Shown: positions 20,192 through 30,900, counted from the first letter of the stretch. The stretch: 64,000 bases of DNA from Planctomycetia bacterium (GCA_016200205.1 JACQFF010000167.1:2791-66790); one strand, 5' to 3'. Numbers and translations: made by a program. Notes: generated by a model not told the origin, from the letters alone.

Positions 20192-20591
20192 CGTTTGCGC
20201 GTTGGATCCAACTTCCGCGTCGGCGAGAATTCGACAGTCGCGGCGCGGGCAGCCACCAAGAATCTTTTTCTCGAATGGGCGCTTTTCGTTGGAACTCACC
20301 TTGACGCGGCCCGGGCAAAGCTGGTTCAATCCGCTTGCTCTGGGCAATTCGGATAGGTGCCAGCTCCCCACGCAAGCCAACGAGAGAGGCACAACAACCT
20401 GCTCCGGAGACTGCACATCAATCAACTTGGCGCTGAGCCGACATGGACGTTAACGAAGGTTGAATCCCAATGGGGATTCATGATGATACGAGTTCGAACT
20501 CGTATTGCTTTTGAGTGGCTTCCCCTGTCAGGGTACCCAAGGGGACCAACACGCCAGCGAAGCGGGTACCCGCAATCGAGGAGCCACGGAA

Positions 20592-20750
20592 ATGGCAACC
20601 ACCAAGAAAGCGACGAAGAAGACCACCAAGAAGTCGGCCAAGCGCTCGACCAAGGCGAAGGCCGCCAAAAAGCCGTCGCGGGCCAAGACCGCCAAGCGCT
20701 CGCCCAAGAAGGCCGCTGCACGGAAAGCCTCCAAGCGCGGCAAGCGTTAA
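20592..20750 (+). CDS. histone H1-like lysine/alanine-rich basic protein
   Basis: ATG at 20592 preceded by gaggag. 52 aa: MATTKKATKKTTKKSAKRSTKAKAAKKPSRAKTAKR.. A terminator lies directly downstream. Confidence 0.6.
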   Translation: MATTKKATKKTTKKSAKRSTKAKAAKKPSRAKTAKRSPKKAAARKASKRGKR

Positions 20751-20775
20751 ACAGCCCTATTCATCCCGACGAGAA

Positions 20776-20816
20776 AGGCCGGCTCACTGCCACTGGTGGG
20801 CCGGCCTATTGTTTTT
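20776..20816 (+). terminator. Rho-independent terminator
   Basis: aggccggc-(16 nt)-gccggcct stem followed by attgttttt, 26 nt after the H1-like stop. Confidence 0.6.
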
Positions 20817-21257
20817 ACGCCAGCGCGATATCCTTTTGAGCGGATTCGCTGATTACACCAATCCAAAGCGCAAGTTTTGAAGTTGCGCGTATTTGCTAGC
20901 TTTTTGCCACCGAGGACACCAAGGGCGCAGAGAAACTCGACCGCGGCGCCGATAATCTGCTCGATCCGTTGATTGTATTGCCCTCAGTTCAGGCCCAAAT
21001 GCGAGAATGCCAGCAAAAATGCGCAACTTCAAAAAGCGTAAGTGAGGATGATCTAGGATATTGCGACCTTCTCGCCCTCGCTGGCACCTCGGGCTAGTAT
21101 TTCCCGACATGAAACACTCAATGACCCGGTAATCTCCCCGCTGCCGTTGACCAAAAGCGTGTTGGCTGCTAGGGTTAGGATACTACATTGAATTCTTAGC
21201 CGCCGACTGCGGAGTGTCCGCGGTCCACTCGAGCAAGGTATCTGACTGGACGAAGGC

Positions 21258-22574
21258 TTGGACAGTTCCACGAAAGTTGCAGATTTAGCCCTACAAAACT
21301 CTCCCGGCTTTCAACACCTTTCTCTGTCGCCGACGACATTGGCGGCTCTGGAGACCGCCGGGTATATCGAGCCGACCCCCATTCAGGCCGGCTTAATCCC
21401 TCACGCGCTGGCCGGCGTTGATGTATTGGGGCAGGCTCGAACCGGCACCGGAAAAACGGCGGCGTTCGTCATTCCGATCTTGGAGCGATTACAGCCGGTG
21501 AAAAAAGGGCATCGCCCGCAGGCCCTCATTCTGGTGCCAACGCGCGAACTGGCCGTGCAGGTCCGCGAAGAAGCGGTCAAGCTTTCGCACGGCCGCAAAA
21601 TCCATTCGGTGGCCCTCTATGGCGGCAAACCCATTCGGGGGCAGATCGAAAAACTCGCGCGCGGCGCGGAGATCGTCATCGGCACGCCCGGCCGCGTGCT
21701 CGACCACATGGGCCGGGGAACGCTCAGGCTCGACGACTTGCTGGTCGTCGTGTTGGACGAAGCCGACCGCATGCTCGATATCGGTTTTCGCCCCGACATC
21801 GAAAAAATCCTCAGGCGCTGTCCCAAATCGCGACAGACTCTGCTGCTGAGCGCAACGGTTCCTCCGCCGGTCGAGCGGCTGGCTCGCAGCTACATGCGCG
21901 AGCCGATTTCGCTGAACTTCTCGCCGAGCGACATTTCGGTCGAAACGATCGAACAGTTCTATTGCACGGTCGACGCGGAACGGAAATTCGAGCTGCTCGA
22001 ACATTTGATCAAACGCGAGAGCCCGCACCAGGCGATCGTCTTCTGCCGCACCAAGCGCGGCACCGACAAGATCGAGCGGCGGTTGACCAAGCGATTCGAC
22101 AAGGTAGCTTGCATTCACGGCGACTTGGCGCAAAACGTCCGCGATCGGGTGATGGGGGCATTTCGCGAGGGCAGAATCCGGATTCTCGTGGCCACCGACG
22201 TGGTGGGTCGCGGCATCGACGTGACCAGCATTTCGCACATTTTCAACTACGATATTCCGCAATTCTGCGACGACTACGTGCATCGCGTGGGCCGTACCGG
22301 CCGCATGGGTCGCGAGGGCGTGGCCTACACGTTTGTCACTCCCGAAGAAGGCAACGAGCTGACGCGCATTGAAATGCGGATCGATCGACTGCTGAAGCGC
22401 GACGAAGTGACCGGCTTTGCCGCGGTCCGGGGGGAATCCCCCATCGGGCGACCCGAATCCACCGTCACGACCGAAAACGCCGCGGAAACCACCGCCGAAG
22501 TCGTCCCCAAGCCGGCTCCGCCACTCTACGGTCGCGGCGGCCGGCCAGTCCGCAGGATTCGCCGGGCGCTTTAA
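21258..22574 (+). CDS. DEAD-box ATP-dependent RNA helicase
   Basis: Q-motif TPIQ, ARTGTGKTAAF, PTRELA, VLDEADRML, SAT, and HRVGRTGR with a basic C-terminal tail. Confidence 0.9.
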   Translation: MDSSTKVADLALQNSPGFQHLSLSPTTLAALETAGYIEPTPIQAGLIPHALAGVDVLGQARTGTGKTAAFVIPILERLQPVKKGHRPQALILVPTRELAVQVREEAVKLSHGRKIHSVALYGGKPIRGQIEKLARGAEIVIGTPGRVLDHMGRGTLRLDDLLVVVLDEADRMLDIGFRPDIEKILRRCPKSRQTLLLSATVPPPVERLARSYMREPISLNFSPSDISVETIEQFYCTVDAERKFELLEHLIKRESPHQAIVFCRTKRGTDKIERRLTKRFDKVACIHGDLAQNVRDRVMGAFREGRIRILVATDVVGRGIDVTSISHIFNYDIPQFCDDYVHRVGRTGRMGREGVAYTFVTPEEGNELTRIEMRIDRLLKRDEVTGFAAVRGESPIGRPESTVTTENAAETTAEVVPKPAPPLYGRGGRPVRRIRRAL

Positions 22575-22605
22575 GCCCCTACGGCGCAAGCTCGCTGTCG
22601 TCGCC

Positions 22606-23643
22606 TCAGCGGCCGGTGGTAAATTCATCGCGCAGAAAAGCGGCAACCTCTTTCCACCGCGCCGCGGCGACACCGAAATCGACCTGCATGGCGCGAATCG
22701 TGCTCGGCGATTCCACGCGGGTTGTGCCTTTCGCGCGAGGATGAAGCGGAATTTGCGCGCTGGCAGAATTGGCCAACTGTTCTTCAATCTCCGGCCGCAA
22801 CATGTAATCGACCAGCCGCCGCGCTTCCGTCGGGTGAGGACAGCCCTTGAGGATCGCCAGCGTATTGGGGATAAACAGCGTGCCCACTCCATCGGGCTGT
22901 TGATCGGGATAGATAATCGCCACGTCCATTCCTTTTTCCAATTCCCCGATCGCATCGTCGGTATCGGTCAGCCCGAACGCCAATTGGCCGGCCGCCACCG
23001 ACAGCGCGACTTGCTTGTTGCCGCTCATGATCTGGGCGTTTTGCTTGAGCTGCCGGAAGAACTGCTTCGCCTTTCCATCGCCCCAGGTGGCGAACAGACA
23101 GGCCGCGTGTGTGGCCGTGGTGCCGAACAGCGGCTTGGCGATCCCGACGCGATCTTTCCATTTCGGATCATTCAAATCGTTGATTGACCTCGGGCGTTCG
23201 GCCTGGCTCACCAGCCGCGTATTGACGACAAGCACTCGGGCTCGCGCCGCAAAGCCATGCCAGGTCCCTCGCGGCGAGCGGTCCATGGCCGGATATTCGA
23301 CGGCCAGCGGCGGCTGGTAAGTATCAAGCAGGCCGAGTTCTTCCAAACGCAGAGTATGGAGGATTTCGTTGTTCCAAAACACGTCGCAACGGGGCCGCGC
23401 ACGCTCCGCGATCAACTCTTCGGTCAGCCCGACGGTTTTGGTCGACTCGGTATCGAATTTGGCCAGCGCCTTTACGCCCGACCTTTCGGTAAAATCGCGC
23501 AGAATCGGCCGCGAGAACTCGGAGTCCAGGGCGGTGTACACGACCACCTCGGGCCCGGAACTGGTCCAACAGCCGCAGAAAAGCAGCCCAAAAACACAGA
23601 TCGTCCGACCCGCCCACCGACGCTGTCGTGCACAAGATCGCAT
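22606..23643 (-). CDS. ABC transporter periplasmic substrate-binding lipoprotein (iron(III)/thiamine-type family 1)
   Basis: Lipobox LLFCGC, then VVVYTALDSEF..F..SGVKA, a pattern typical of FbpA/AfuA-like binding proteins. No partner permease is adjacent. Confidence 0.75.
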   Translation of the reverse strand: MRSCARQRRWAGRTICVFGLLFCGCWTSSGPEVVVYTALDSEFSRPILRDFTERSGVKALAKFDTESTKTVGLTEELIAERARPRCDVFWNNEILHTLRLEELGLLDTYQPPLAVEYPAMDRSPRGTWHGFAARARVLVVNTRLVSQAERPRSINDLNDPKWKDRVGIAKPLFGTTATHAACLFATWGDGKAKQFFRQLKQNAQIMSGNKQVALSVAAGQLAFGLTDTDDAIGELEKGMDVAIIYPDQQPDGVGTLFIPNTLAILKGCPHPTEARRLVDYMLRPEIEEQLANSASAQIPLHPRAKGTTRVESPSTIRAMQVDFGVAAARWKEVAAFLRDEFTTGR

Positions 23644-23794
23644 GTTATGTCGCCAGATTCCGGTCGGCAGTGCGGACGGCCCACGGCGGGTCTTCTGTTC
23701 AGCTTAGACTCTTTTTCTCCGCTCGGGCAGTGTGGATTAGGCGTTTCACAAAAGGCGTTCGTTACGCGTCCGTTGACCCGAGCGTGCATCCTGG

Positions 23795-25195
23795 TTGGTG
23801 CGGCCCGGTGAGCGGCTGCATAGAATGGAAGCGTTGGGCTCGGATCGCGATCGTATGATGGGATACTATGACAACGGCTGCGTTGCGATGACAGGTTGGC
23901 TTGGAAACTTACACGGCTGGGCGATTGGCTGCGTCTCGGCGGCAATCTTTGGTCGTTGCGCGATTGTTCTTGCTCAAGACTCCGCTGGGACCGAGCCGCC
24001 CGCCGGCATTCGCCAACTCGCCTCCAAGCATCTGGCGCTGTACACCGATCTGCCGTCCCAACCCGAGATCGACGCCTTGCCAACTCTGTTTGACCAGGCA
24101 TTTGGGCAGTGGTGTGCCTATTTCGGAGTCGATGAGCAGCAGCACGTCGATTGGCATGTCCGCGCGTACTTGATGAAGACGCGGGAACCCTTTCAAGCCG
24201 CCGGTTTGCTCCCCGCCGATCTGCCCAATTTTAATGGTTATGCCCGCGGTGATCAGATTTGGCTGCGCGACCAGACCAGCGTCTATTACCGTCGACATTT
24301 GCTGCTGCATGAGGGGACGCACAGTTTCATGCTCTCGCGAATCGGTGGAATGGGTCCGTCGTGGTTCGCCGAAGGCATGGCCGAATTGCTAGCCACGCAT
24401 CGGCTGGAAGATGGCAAGCTGACGCTAAACTATTTTCCGCGCCAGCGCGACGAAGTGCCCAAGCTGGGTCGGATCGAAATTGTGCAAACCGGCTACGCCT
24501 CGCATCGCGCCGTGAGCCTGGCCAAGCTGTTTGCATACGACCATCGTGGTCAGCAGGAAAACCAGTGGTATGGCTGGTGTTGGGCGGCCGCGGCCTTCTT
24601 GGACAGCCACCCGCGCTACCGGGCCCGCTTCCGCCAGTTGCACAAGCTGGTCGGAGACAGCGACGATCATTTCAACCAGCAGGTGATGAAGATCTTCGTC
24701 GACGACTGGACCCGCTTGAACGAAGACTGGCAGTTGTTCGTGGCCAATCTCGACTACGGATATGATTTCCAGAAAATGGACGTGGAGTTCACGGCTGGCG
24801 AGCCATTGGGTGACGGGGGTCAGGCGATCTCGGTCGCGGCCGATCGCTCATGGCAATCGAGCGGGGTGCGCCTCGAAGCGGGCCAGAGCTATCGGCTTCG
24901 CGCCCTTGGGCGCTACCAAGTGGCTAGCGAGCCGCGCACGTGGTGGTGCGAACCGGGCGGAGTGACGATCCGCTATTATCATGGCCAGCCACTGGGAATC
25001 CTGTTGGCGGCCGTTCGCGCCGACGATCCCATTCCCCAAAGCCCAAGCGGATTGTTGAAACCCATTGTCGTCGGCCTGGGAGCCACGCTCAAAATAGAGC
25101 AGGCGGGCACGCTCTATTTGCGCATCAATGATTCGGCTGACAGCTTGGGCGACAACGCCGGATCATTGACCGTGAAAATCACGCGCGGCTCGTAG
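23795..25195 (+). CDS. secreted putative MA-clan (DUF1570-like) metallopeptidase with C-terminal beta-sandwich domain
   Basis: LLLHEGTHSF...WFAEGMAELLA (HExxH plus downstream E). The C-terminal ~170 aa are Gly/beta-rich (..GSLTVKITRGS). Start uncertain (ATGs at 23795, 23825, 23855, 23888). Confidence 0.6.
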   Translation: MVRPGERLHRMEALGSDRDRMMGYYDNGCVAMTGWLGNLHGWAIGCVSAAIFGRCAIVLAQDSAGTEPPAGIRQLASKHLALYTDLPSQPEIDALPTLFDQAFGQWCAYFGVDEQQHVDWHVRAYLMKTREPFQAAGLLPADLPNFNGYARGDQIWLRDQTSVYYRRHLLLHEGTHSFMLSRIGGMGPSWFAEGMAELLATHRLEDGKLTLNYFPRQRDEVPKLGRIEIVQTGYASHRAVSLAKLFAYDHRGQQENQWYGWCWAAAAFLDSHPRYRARFRQLHKLVGDSDDHFNQQVMKIFVDDWTRLNEDWQLFVANLDYGYDFQKMDVEFTAGEPLGDGGQAISVAADRSWQSSGVRLEAGQSYRLRALGRYQVASEPRTWWCEPGGVTIRYYHGQPLGILLAAVRADDPIPQSPSGLLKPIVVGLGATLKIEQAGTLYLRINDSADSLGDNAGSLTVKITRGS

Positions 25196-25305
25196 CGTGC
25201 AATCGCGCCGCGCCGGCGGCCCGCATTGGCAATTGACGTGCCGCCGAGCACACCCGACAATGTGAAAACCCCCCGTAGTTATTTGGCTCAAGCGCGCAGG
25301 TTGCC

Positions 25306-26574
25306 ATGAATTTTATCGCCGAAGAAGATCCCGAAGTGTGGGCCGCCGTGGCCGCCGAAATGGAGCGCCAGCAAGACGGGCTGGAAATGATCGCCAGCGA
25401 AAACTACACCAGCCCAGCCGTGATGCAGGCCGTCGGAAGCGTGTTGACCAACAAATACGCCGAGGGCTACCCCGGCCGGCGCTATTATGGCGGTTGCGAA
25501 CACGTCGACGTCGTTGAAAACCTGGCGCGCGATCGGGCCAAGGAACTGTTCGGCGCCGAGCATGCCAATGTCCAGCCCCACTCGGGCTCTCAGGCCAACT
25601 TCGCCGTCTATCTGGCCGCGATTACCCCGGGCGATACCGTGCTGGGGCTCGATCTGGCGCATGGCGGCCACCTGACGCACGGCATGAAACTCAACGTATC
25701 GGGCCGGCTTTATCACTTTATCAGCTACGGCGTGACCCGGGATACCCAGCGGATTGACTTCGACCAGGTGGCGGCGCTGGCGCGCGAGCACAAGCCCAAG
25801 ATGATCGTGGCTGGCGCCAGCGCTTATCCGCGGGAAATTCCGCACGGCAAGTTCGCCGCGATCGCGCGCGAAGTCGGGGCCAAGCTGTTCGTCGACATGG
25901 CGCATTATGCCGGGCTGGTGGCCGCCGGCCTGCACGACAATCCCGTGCCGGTGGCCGATTTCGTCACCACGACCACTCACAAGACCCTGCGTGGCCCCCG
26001 CGCGGGACTCTCGATGTGCAAAGCCGAGTTCGCCAAAGATCTGGATCGGGCGGTCTTTCCCGGCATTCAGGGTGGACCGCTGATGCACGTCATCGCCGGC
26101 AAGGCGATCTGTTTTGGCGAGGCCCTCAGGCCCGACTTCAAACGTTATGCCAAAGCAATTATCGACAACGCCAAAGCGCTGGCCGACGCACTGCTCTCCA
26201 GTGGAGTGCGCTTAGTCAGCGGCGGGACCGATAACCACTTGATGCTGCTCGATGTCACCACGCTGGGCCTGGGCGGCAAACAGGCCGAAGCCACCTTGGG
26301 CAGTTGCGGAATTACCGTCAACAAGAACATGATTCCCTTCGACGAGCGAAAACCGATGGATCCTTCCGGCATCCGCGTCGGCACTCCGGCCCTGACGACC
26401 CGGGGCATGGGCCCGACGGAAATGAAGCGGATCGCCGGCTGGATGCTCGCGGCGCTAAAGGCTCCCGACGACAATCGCTTGCACGCCAAAATTCGCGGCG
26501 AGATTTTCGGTCTCTGCGAACAATTCCCGGTACCGGCGGCCCGGCTGGCCGAAGTCGACAGCGAAGAGATCTGA
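25306..26574 (+). CDS. glyA: serine hydroxymethyltransferase
   Basis: [32 protein letters not shown], and [12 protein letters not shown] with the PLP lysine. Confidence 0.95.
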   Translation: MNFIAEEDPEVWAAVAAEMERQQDGLEMIASENYTSPAVMQAVGSVLTNKYAEGYPGRRYYGGCEHVDVVENLARDRAKELFGAEHANVQPHSGSQANFAVYLAAITPGDTVLGLDLAHGGHLTHGMKLNVSGRLYHFISYGVTRDTQRIDFDQVAALAREHKPKMIVAGASAYPREIPHGKFAAIAREVGAKLFVDMAHYAGLVAAGLHDNPVPVADFVTTTTHKTLRGPRAGLSMCKAEFAKDLDRAVFPGIQGGPLMHVIAGKAICFGEALRPDFKRYAKAIIDNAKALADALLSSGVRLVSGGTDNHLMLLDVTTLGLGGKQAEATLGSCGITVNKNMIPFDERKPMDPSGIRVGTPALTTRGMGPTEMKRIAGWMLAALKAPDDNRLHAKIRGEIFGLCEQFPVPAARLAEVDSEEI

Positions 26575-27048
26575 GCGCCCAACAGCACTCCTGGTCGTTT
26601 GCCGACCGGCTGGTGATCGTCGCCAGATCAAAATCGGCCCACGGCCAAGGTTGCACGTCCAATCTTCCCCAACGTGGCTGGCGGAACTTTGTGCGATTTC
26701 CTGCGACTTGCGGACTTCCGCGGCGGGTACCTTGGCAGGGTGCAATTTGTCCCCGGTTGGCACGTTGATTGCACTCACGAAAAAGAGCAAGGGCAGCACT
26801 TTCTGCTACTCCTACCCCGCAGTACCGCCGGTCAATATCACTTTCATTCACCTTTGGGAAAGTAGGCCAGCCAACTTCGGAAACAAGCCTTCGGGCCGAA
26901 GGCAGAACCTGTTGCCCTTGCGTTTTTTGCATTTTGGCTCCAACCCGACACGCTTTGCTCCGCTTGCTGGCATTCTCGCTTGTCGCCCTGGACTCTATAA
27001 TCGGCCCAGAGGTCGAGTGGCCGCCTTTCCTCGCCCACGGATGCGCCA

Positions 27049-27507
27049 ATGCCTGAGCTGAGCCATACAAGCCGAATCCTCATTGCCGACGACAACGGAC
27101 CGAACGTCGAGTTGCTTGAGGCTTATCTCAATGGCCTCGACTGCGAGATCGCCGTGGCGGTCGACGGCCGCGACACGCTGGAGAAAGTCGCCTCGTTTCT
27201 GCCCGATTTGATCCTGCTCGACGTCATGATGCCCAAGCTGAGCGGGTTCGAAGTCTGCGAGAAACTCAAAGCCGACCCGGCCACGCGCGGGATCATGATC
27301 CTGATGGTCACGGCGCTCAACGAGTTGGGCGATATCGAACGGGCGGTGGAAGCTGGCACGGACGATTTCTTGAGCAAGCCGGTCAATAAGCTCGAGTTGC
27401 TGAAGCGCGTGGAAAACATGCTCAAACTCCATCACGTCACCGACGAAGTCGAGCGGCTGCGGCAATATATTGCCCAAATGGAAAACGCAACCGGTCCCAG
27501 GCGCTGA
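27049..27507 (+). CDS. single-domain response regulator (CheY-like receiver)
   Basis: ILIADDN, DLILLDVMMPKLSG (phospho-acceptor Asp), and the T/K positions (MVTAL, SKP). Confidence 0.85.
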   Translation: MPELSHTSRILIADDNGPNVELLEAYLNGLDCEIAVAVDGRDTLEKVASFLPDLILLDVMMPKLSGFEVCEKLKADPATRGIMILMVTALNELGDIERAVEAGTDDFLSKPVNKLELLKRVENMLKLHHVTDEVERLRQYIAQMENATGPRR

Positions 27508-27641
27508 TTGCTAGCATCCACCGCACGCGATTGCGATTGCCGTAGTGCTCTTGCCATGTCGAGGGCGGCTGCGGTATAGCACTTCGTCCAAAAAGCCGGC
27601 GAATTGAAGTTTTTGCCACCCAGCGGACAAGGACGTCCCCG

Positions 27642-28478
27642 ATGTCGCGTGCGATCGTCGTCGTGCCGTGTTACAACGAAGCCAAACGGCTGAACCTGCC
27701 GGCGATCCAGGAGTTTGCGCGGGGTTCCGACGCGGCCGACTTGCTGTTTGTCAACGACGGTAGCCGCGACGAAACGCTGGAATTGATTGAGCACCTGAAC
27801 CAAAGCAATCCGCGCCGCTTCAGCTTTTTGCATTTGGCCAACAACGGCGGCAAAGCCGAAGCAGTCCGGCAAGGCTTTTTGCTGGCGCTTCGCAGTGGAG
27901 CCGATTACGTCGGCTTTTGGGACGCCGATCTGGCCGCGCCGCTGTCGGACATCGAGCCGTTCTGCCGGGTGCTCGACCACAAAGGGGATATTGAAGTCGT
28001 TGTCGGCACGCGAATGCGCCTGCTGGGCCATAAGATCGAGCGGCCGGCGTTGCGATACTGGCTGGGCCGGCTGTTCGCGAACACGGCCTCGCTCGCGCTG
28101 GGCGTGCGGATGTTCGACACGCAGTGCGGCGCGAAACTGTTTCGCGTGACGGCCGGGCTCGAGCAGCTTTTCGAGCGGCCGTTTCTGACGCGCTGGATTT
28201 TCGATGTCGAAATTCTGGCCCGCATGCAATTGCGCCGCCGCCACACGAACCAGCCACGTTTGCGCGACTCGATCTACGAGTTCCCACTCGACGCCTGGCG
28301 CGATGTCGCCGGTTCGAGCGTCAAAACGGGCGATTTTTTCAAAGCCACAATCGAGATGGCCAAGATCTACTGGACTTATCTGCGTCCCGGTGCCCGCCCG
28401 GCGGCAGCGGCGACGAGCCGCCCGCCGGCCGACGCCCCCAGCGAATCTCCTCGCCCCGACCAACAGCAGGCAGCGTAG
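27642..28478 (+). CDS. family 2 glycosyltransferase (dolichyl/polyprenyl-phosphate glycosyltransferase-like)
   Basis: VVVPCYNE, VNDGSRD, a DADL(A) DxD-like motif and FDTQCGAK. Confidence 0.85.
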   Translation: MSRAIVVVPCYNEAKRLNLPAIQEFARGSDAADLLFVNDGSRDETLELIEHLNQSNPRRFSFLHLANNGGKAEAVRQGFLLALRSGADYVGFWDADLAAPLSDIEPFCRVLDHKGDIEVVVGTRMRLLGHKIERPALRYWLGRLFANTASLALGVRMFDTQCGAKLFRVTAGLEQLFERPFLTRWIFDVEILARMQLRRRHTNQPRLRDSIYEFPLDAWRDVAGSSVKTGDFFKATIEMAKIYWTYLRPGARPAAAATSRPPADAPSESPRPDQQQAA

Positions 28479-28708
28479 TTTCCCTGCCGCTCGCTGCCGC
28501 TGCATTCTTGGACCGGCCCGTAAATTGAGTCCGGCTTTTGCGCTGGTGCTCGATAGATTGGTTTCGACGCTCCATTAATGAGAAGCGAAGTCGTCGAACA
28601 CACATGGCGTCAAGAATTGCTGGAAGATCTTCAATAACGCACTGCTGGCTCCGACGGATCCCCCAAAACCCCTTTCGGCCTGCTACGGGTGCCTGCTATG
28701 CTGGAGGC

Positions 28709-29755
28709 ATGAGCCCATCGAGCCTTCCAGACGACCCAGCGGGGCTACCGACCGAGCCGGAACCGACTATGTTGCGCTGGCCGGGTTCCGAACGTCCCGC
28801 GGGCACCCACCTCGACGCCATTGTTCCTGGCGGACAAGCTCCCGGCGAACCAGCTCCGTACCTACCGGCCTATCGCCAGCTGGTGGCCGAGGACCTCGAG
28901 TCGCCCCCCCCGCGACGTGTGTTCCTGCCGCTGTTCTTGTTCGTCGCTACCTGCCTGTCCACGTTTTTCGCGGGGGCGCTCAATTGGAATCCAACCTTTT
29001 ACCTGGAAAAAAATCAGGCGGAAACCGTCATTGGGGTCAACTGGGGCCAAGGCCTCGTTTACATGGCCGCGGTGATCGGCATTTTGATGATGCACGAAAT
29101 GGGCCACTTTTTGCAAACCATCCGCTACGGCGTCCCCGCCAGCTTGCCATTCTTTATCCCCGTGCCGATTCTGATGACCGGTACGATGGGGGCCGTGATC
29201 AGCATGGAGGGCTCGCGCGCCGATCGCAAGCAACTCTTTGACATTGGCCTGTCGGGGCCCTGGGCGGGACTCGTCGTGGCCCTGCCGATCATTTGGTTCG
29301 GCATCAAGGCTGCCACCCCCATGCCCTCCACGTCTGAGTTTCAACTCGGCGACCCCTTGATCTTCAAACTGCTGACGAGCTATTTGCGCCCCGATTTGCC
29401 GGCCGAAGCGATCCTGAGCAAAAACAATCCGCTGCTGATGGCCGGCTGGGTGGGCATGCTGATCACCGGGCTGAACATGTTGCCGGTCAGCCAACTCGAC
29501 GGCGGGCACGTGATCTACGGCCTGTTCGGGCGCCATGCCCACCTGGTCGCCCGCGGCTTCTTGATCGCTTCAATCGCCTTCATTGTCTTCGGCGAGCAGT
29601 ACAACTGGATCGTGATGCTGGTGTTGGTGATCATGCTGGGCGTCGATCACCCACCGACGCGCGACGACAACGTGCCCCTCGGCCCGGTGCGAACGATCAT
29701 TGGGCTGGTGTCGCTAGCGATTCCGGTGCTGTGCTTCACGCCGATACTGTTGTAG
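28709..29755 (+). CDS. M50 family (site-2 protease-like) membrane metallopeptidase
   Basis: HEMGHFLQ zinc motif within a TM helix, a downstream NMLPVSQLDGGH motif, and multiple TM helices. Start taken at ATG 28709, preceded by ggagg. Confidence 0.8.
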   Translation: MSPSSLPDDPAGLPTEPEPTMLRWPGSERPAGTHLDAIVPGGQAPGEPAPYLPAYRQLVAEDLESPPPRRVFLPLFLFVATCLSTFFAGALNWNPTFYLEKNQAETVIGVNWGQGLVYMAAVIGILMMHEMGHFLQTIRYGVPASLPFFIPVPILMTGTMGAVISMEGSRADRKQLFDIGLSGPWAGLVVALPIIWFGIKAATPMPSTSEFQLGDPLIFKLLTSYLRPDLPAEAILSKNNPLLMAGWVGMLITGLNMLPVSQLDGGHVIYGLFGRHAHLVARGFLIASIAFIVFGEQYNWIVMLVLVIMLGVDHPPTRDDNVPLGPVRTIIGLVSLAIPVLCFTPILL

Positions 29756-29793
29756 CGGAACGCGCGTCGAGCATTTTTCATTCTGGAACGCCT

Positions 29794-30900
29794 TCAATCC
29801 TTCGCCAGCGCCAACCGCTCGCTGATCGGCGGGTGGCTGTGAAACAAAAACACCTCGACCGGGTTGGGGTTGGGGTCGTCTTTGTTGAGTTTGGCCAATT
29901 TGCGAAACGCCGAAACGTAGGCCTCACGCAATCCGGTCCGCTCCAGCGCATAACGGTCGCATTGCCGCTCGAAACGCCGACTGATGATGTTTTGCACCGG
30001 CTCCAGCACGAGTGCAAACAGCGTGAGCACGAGCATCAGAAGCGGCAGCGTGCCGACCGGCAACTGGTGCGCGTCGAGCGGCCCGTAATGGCTGTGGGCC
30101 CAGGCCAGGATGATGCGATCGCAAATCCAAAAGCCCGCGATGCTGTACAACACGCCGGTGACGATCATCTTGCGAATGTGGCGAAAGACGTGGTGGCCGA
30201 TTTCGTGGGCAAAGATGACTTCGATTTCGTCCGGCGAAAACTGCTCCAGCAGCGTATCGCCCATCAGCACGCGCCGCGTGCGGCCCAAGCCGGTTAGCAT
30301 CGCGTTGGCCTTGGCGGTTTCTTCGCTCAAGCCCATGCGATAGACGCCCTGGATCGAGAGCCCCGTGCCCTCGGCCAGCCGGGTCATCCTCCGGGTCAAT
30401 TCGCCGCTTTCGAGCCGCTCGATCTTGTAGAACAAAGGCAAGATCAACACCGGCATCAATTGGCCGAAAATGATGCTGACGACAAAAAACGCGCCCGCGG
30501 CCGCCAGCCACCACCACTGGCCGCAAAGCCAAATCACCCAGTACAAGCCCACGAACATGGCCACGCCGAAAACCACTGTCAGCAAATTGCGCTTCGCATA
30601 GCGCGCCAGCCAGCGGCCGAACGTTTGATGACTCAAGCCGAAGCGGTGTTCCAGCGTGTGCCCCGCGTAGAGCGAAAGCGGAAACGAAATCCCGATGTGG
30701 GCGGCGGTGGTGATGAGAAAAATCAAGACCAGCCGCAACGTCTGCGAATCGACAAAGCGGGCCAGCCAGCCATCGAGCGGCACGGCGAATGCAAATGCCA
30801 TCAGGGTCAGAAAGCCCACGTCGAGCCCTTTGTCGGCCAGGCTGCACAGCAGTTCCAGCCGGCCATACTGTTTGGCTTCGGCCAGTTGCTCGCGCGACAT
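29794..30900 (-). CDS. M48 family (Ste24/HtpX-like) membrane metallopeptidase
   Basis: IFAHEIGHHVFRHI, a downstream E in ..RQCDRYA.., and N-terminal TM helices. The start at 30900 (or GTG 30987) is chosen to avoid a large overlap with ilvD. Confidence 0.8.
   Translation of the reverse strand: MSREQLAEAKQYGRLELLCSLADKGLDVGFLTLMAFAFAVPLDGWLARFVDSQTLRLVLIFLITTAAHIGISFPLSLYAGHTLEHRFGLSHQTFGRWLARYAKRNLLTVVFGVAMFVGLYWVIWLCGQWWWLAAAGAFFVVSIIFGQLMPVLILPLFYKIERLESGELTRRMTRLAEGTGLSIQGVYRMGLSEETAKANAMLTGLGRTRRVLMGDTLLEQFSPDEIEVIFAHEIGHHVFRHIRKMIVTGVLYSIAGFWICDRIILAWAHSHYGPLDAHQLPVGTLPLLMLVLTLFALVLEPVQNIISRRFERQCDRYALERTGLREAYVSAFRKLAKLNKDDPNPNPVEVFLFHSHPPISERLALAKD

Noticed and set aside
20486-20505. 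gagTTCGAActc, reminiscent of a tRNA T-arm
   Set aside because: It is a perfect 20-nt palindrome, so it cannot give a 7-nt T-loop. No acceptor, D or anticodon arms can be drawn around it. No tRNA was found elsewhere in the window either.
26575-27048. 474-nt gap between glyA and the response regulator, containing a small hairpin (gccttcg-ggc-cgaaggc at 26887-26903), a T6 run at 26923-26928 and a TATAAT at 26996-27001
   Set aside because: The hairpin and T-run are 19 nt apart, so this is not a canonical terminator. The -35 partner for the TATAAT is weak (ttctcg). The small ORFs here are low-quality. I cannot support a specific ncRNA or promoter call without comparative data.
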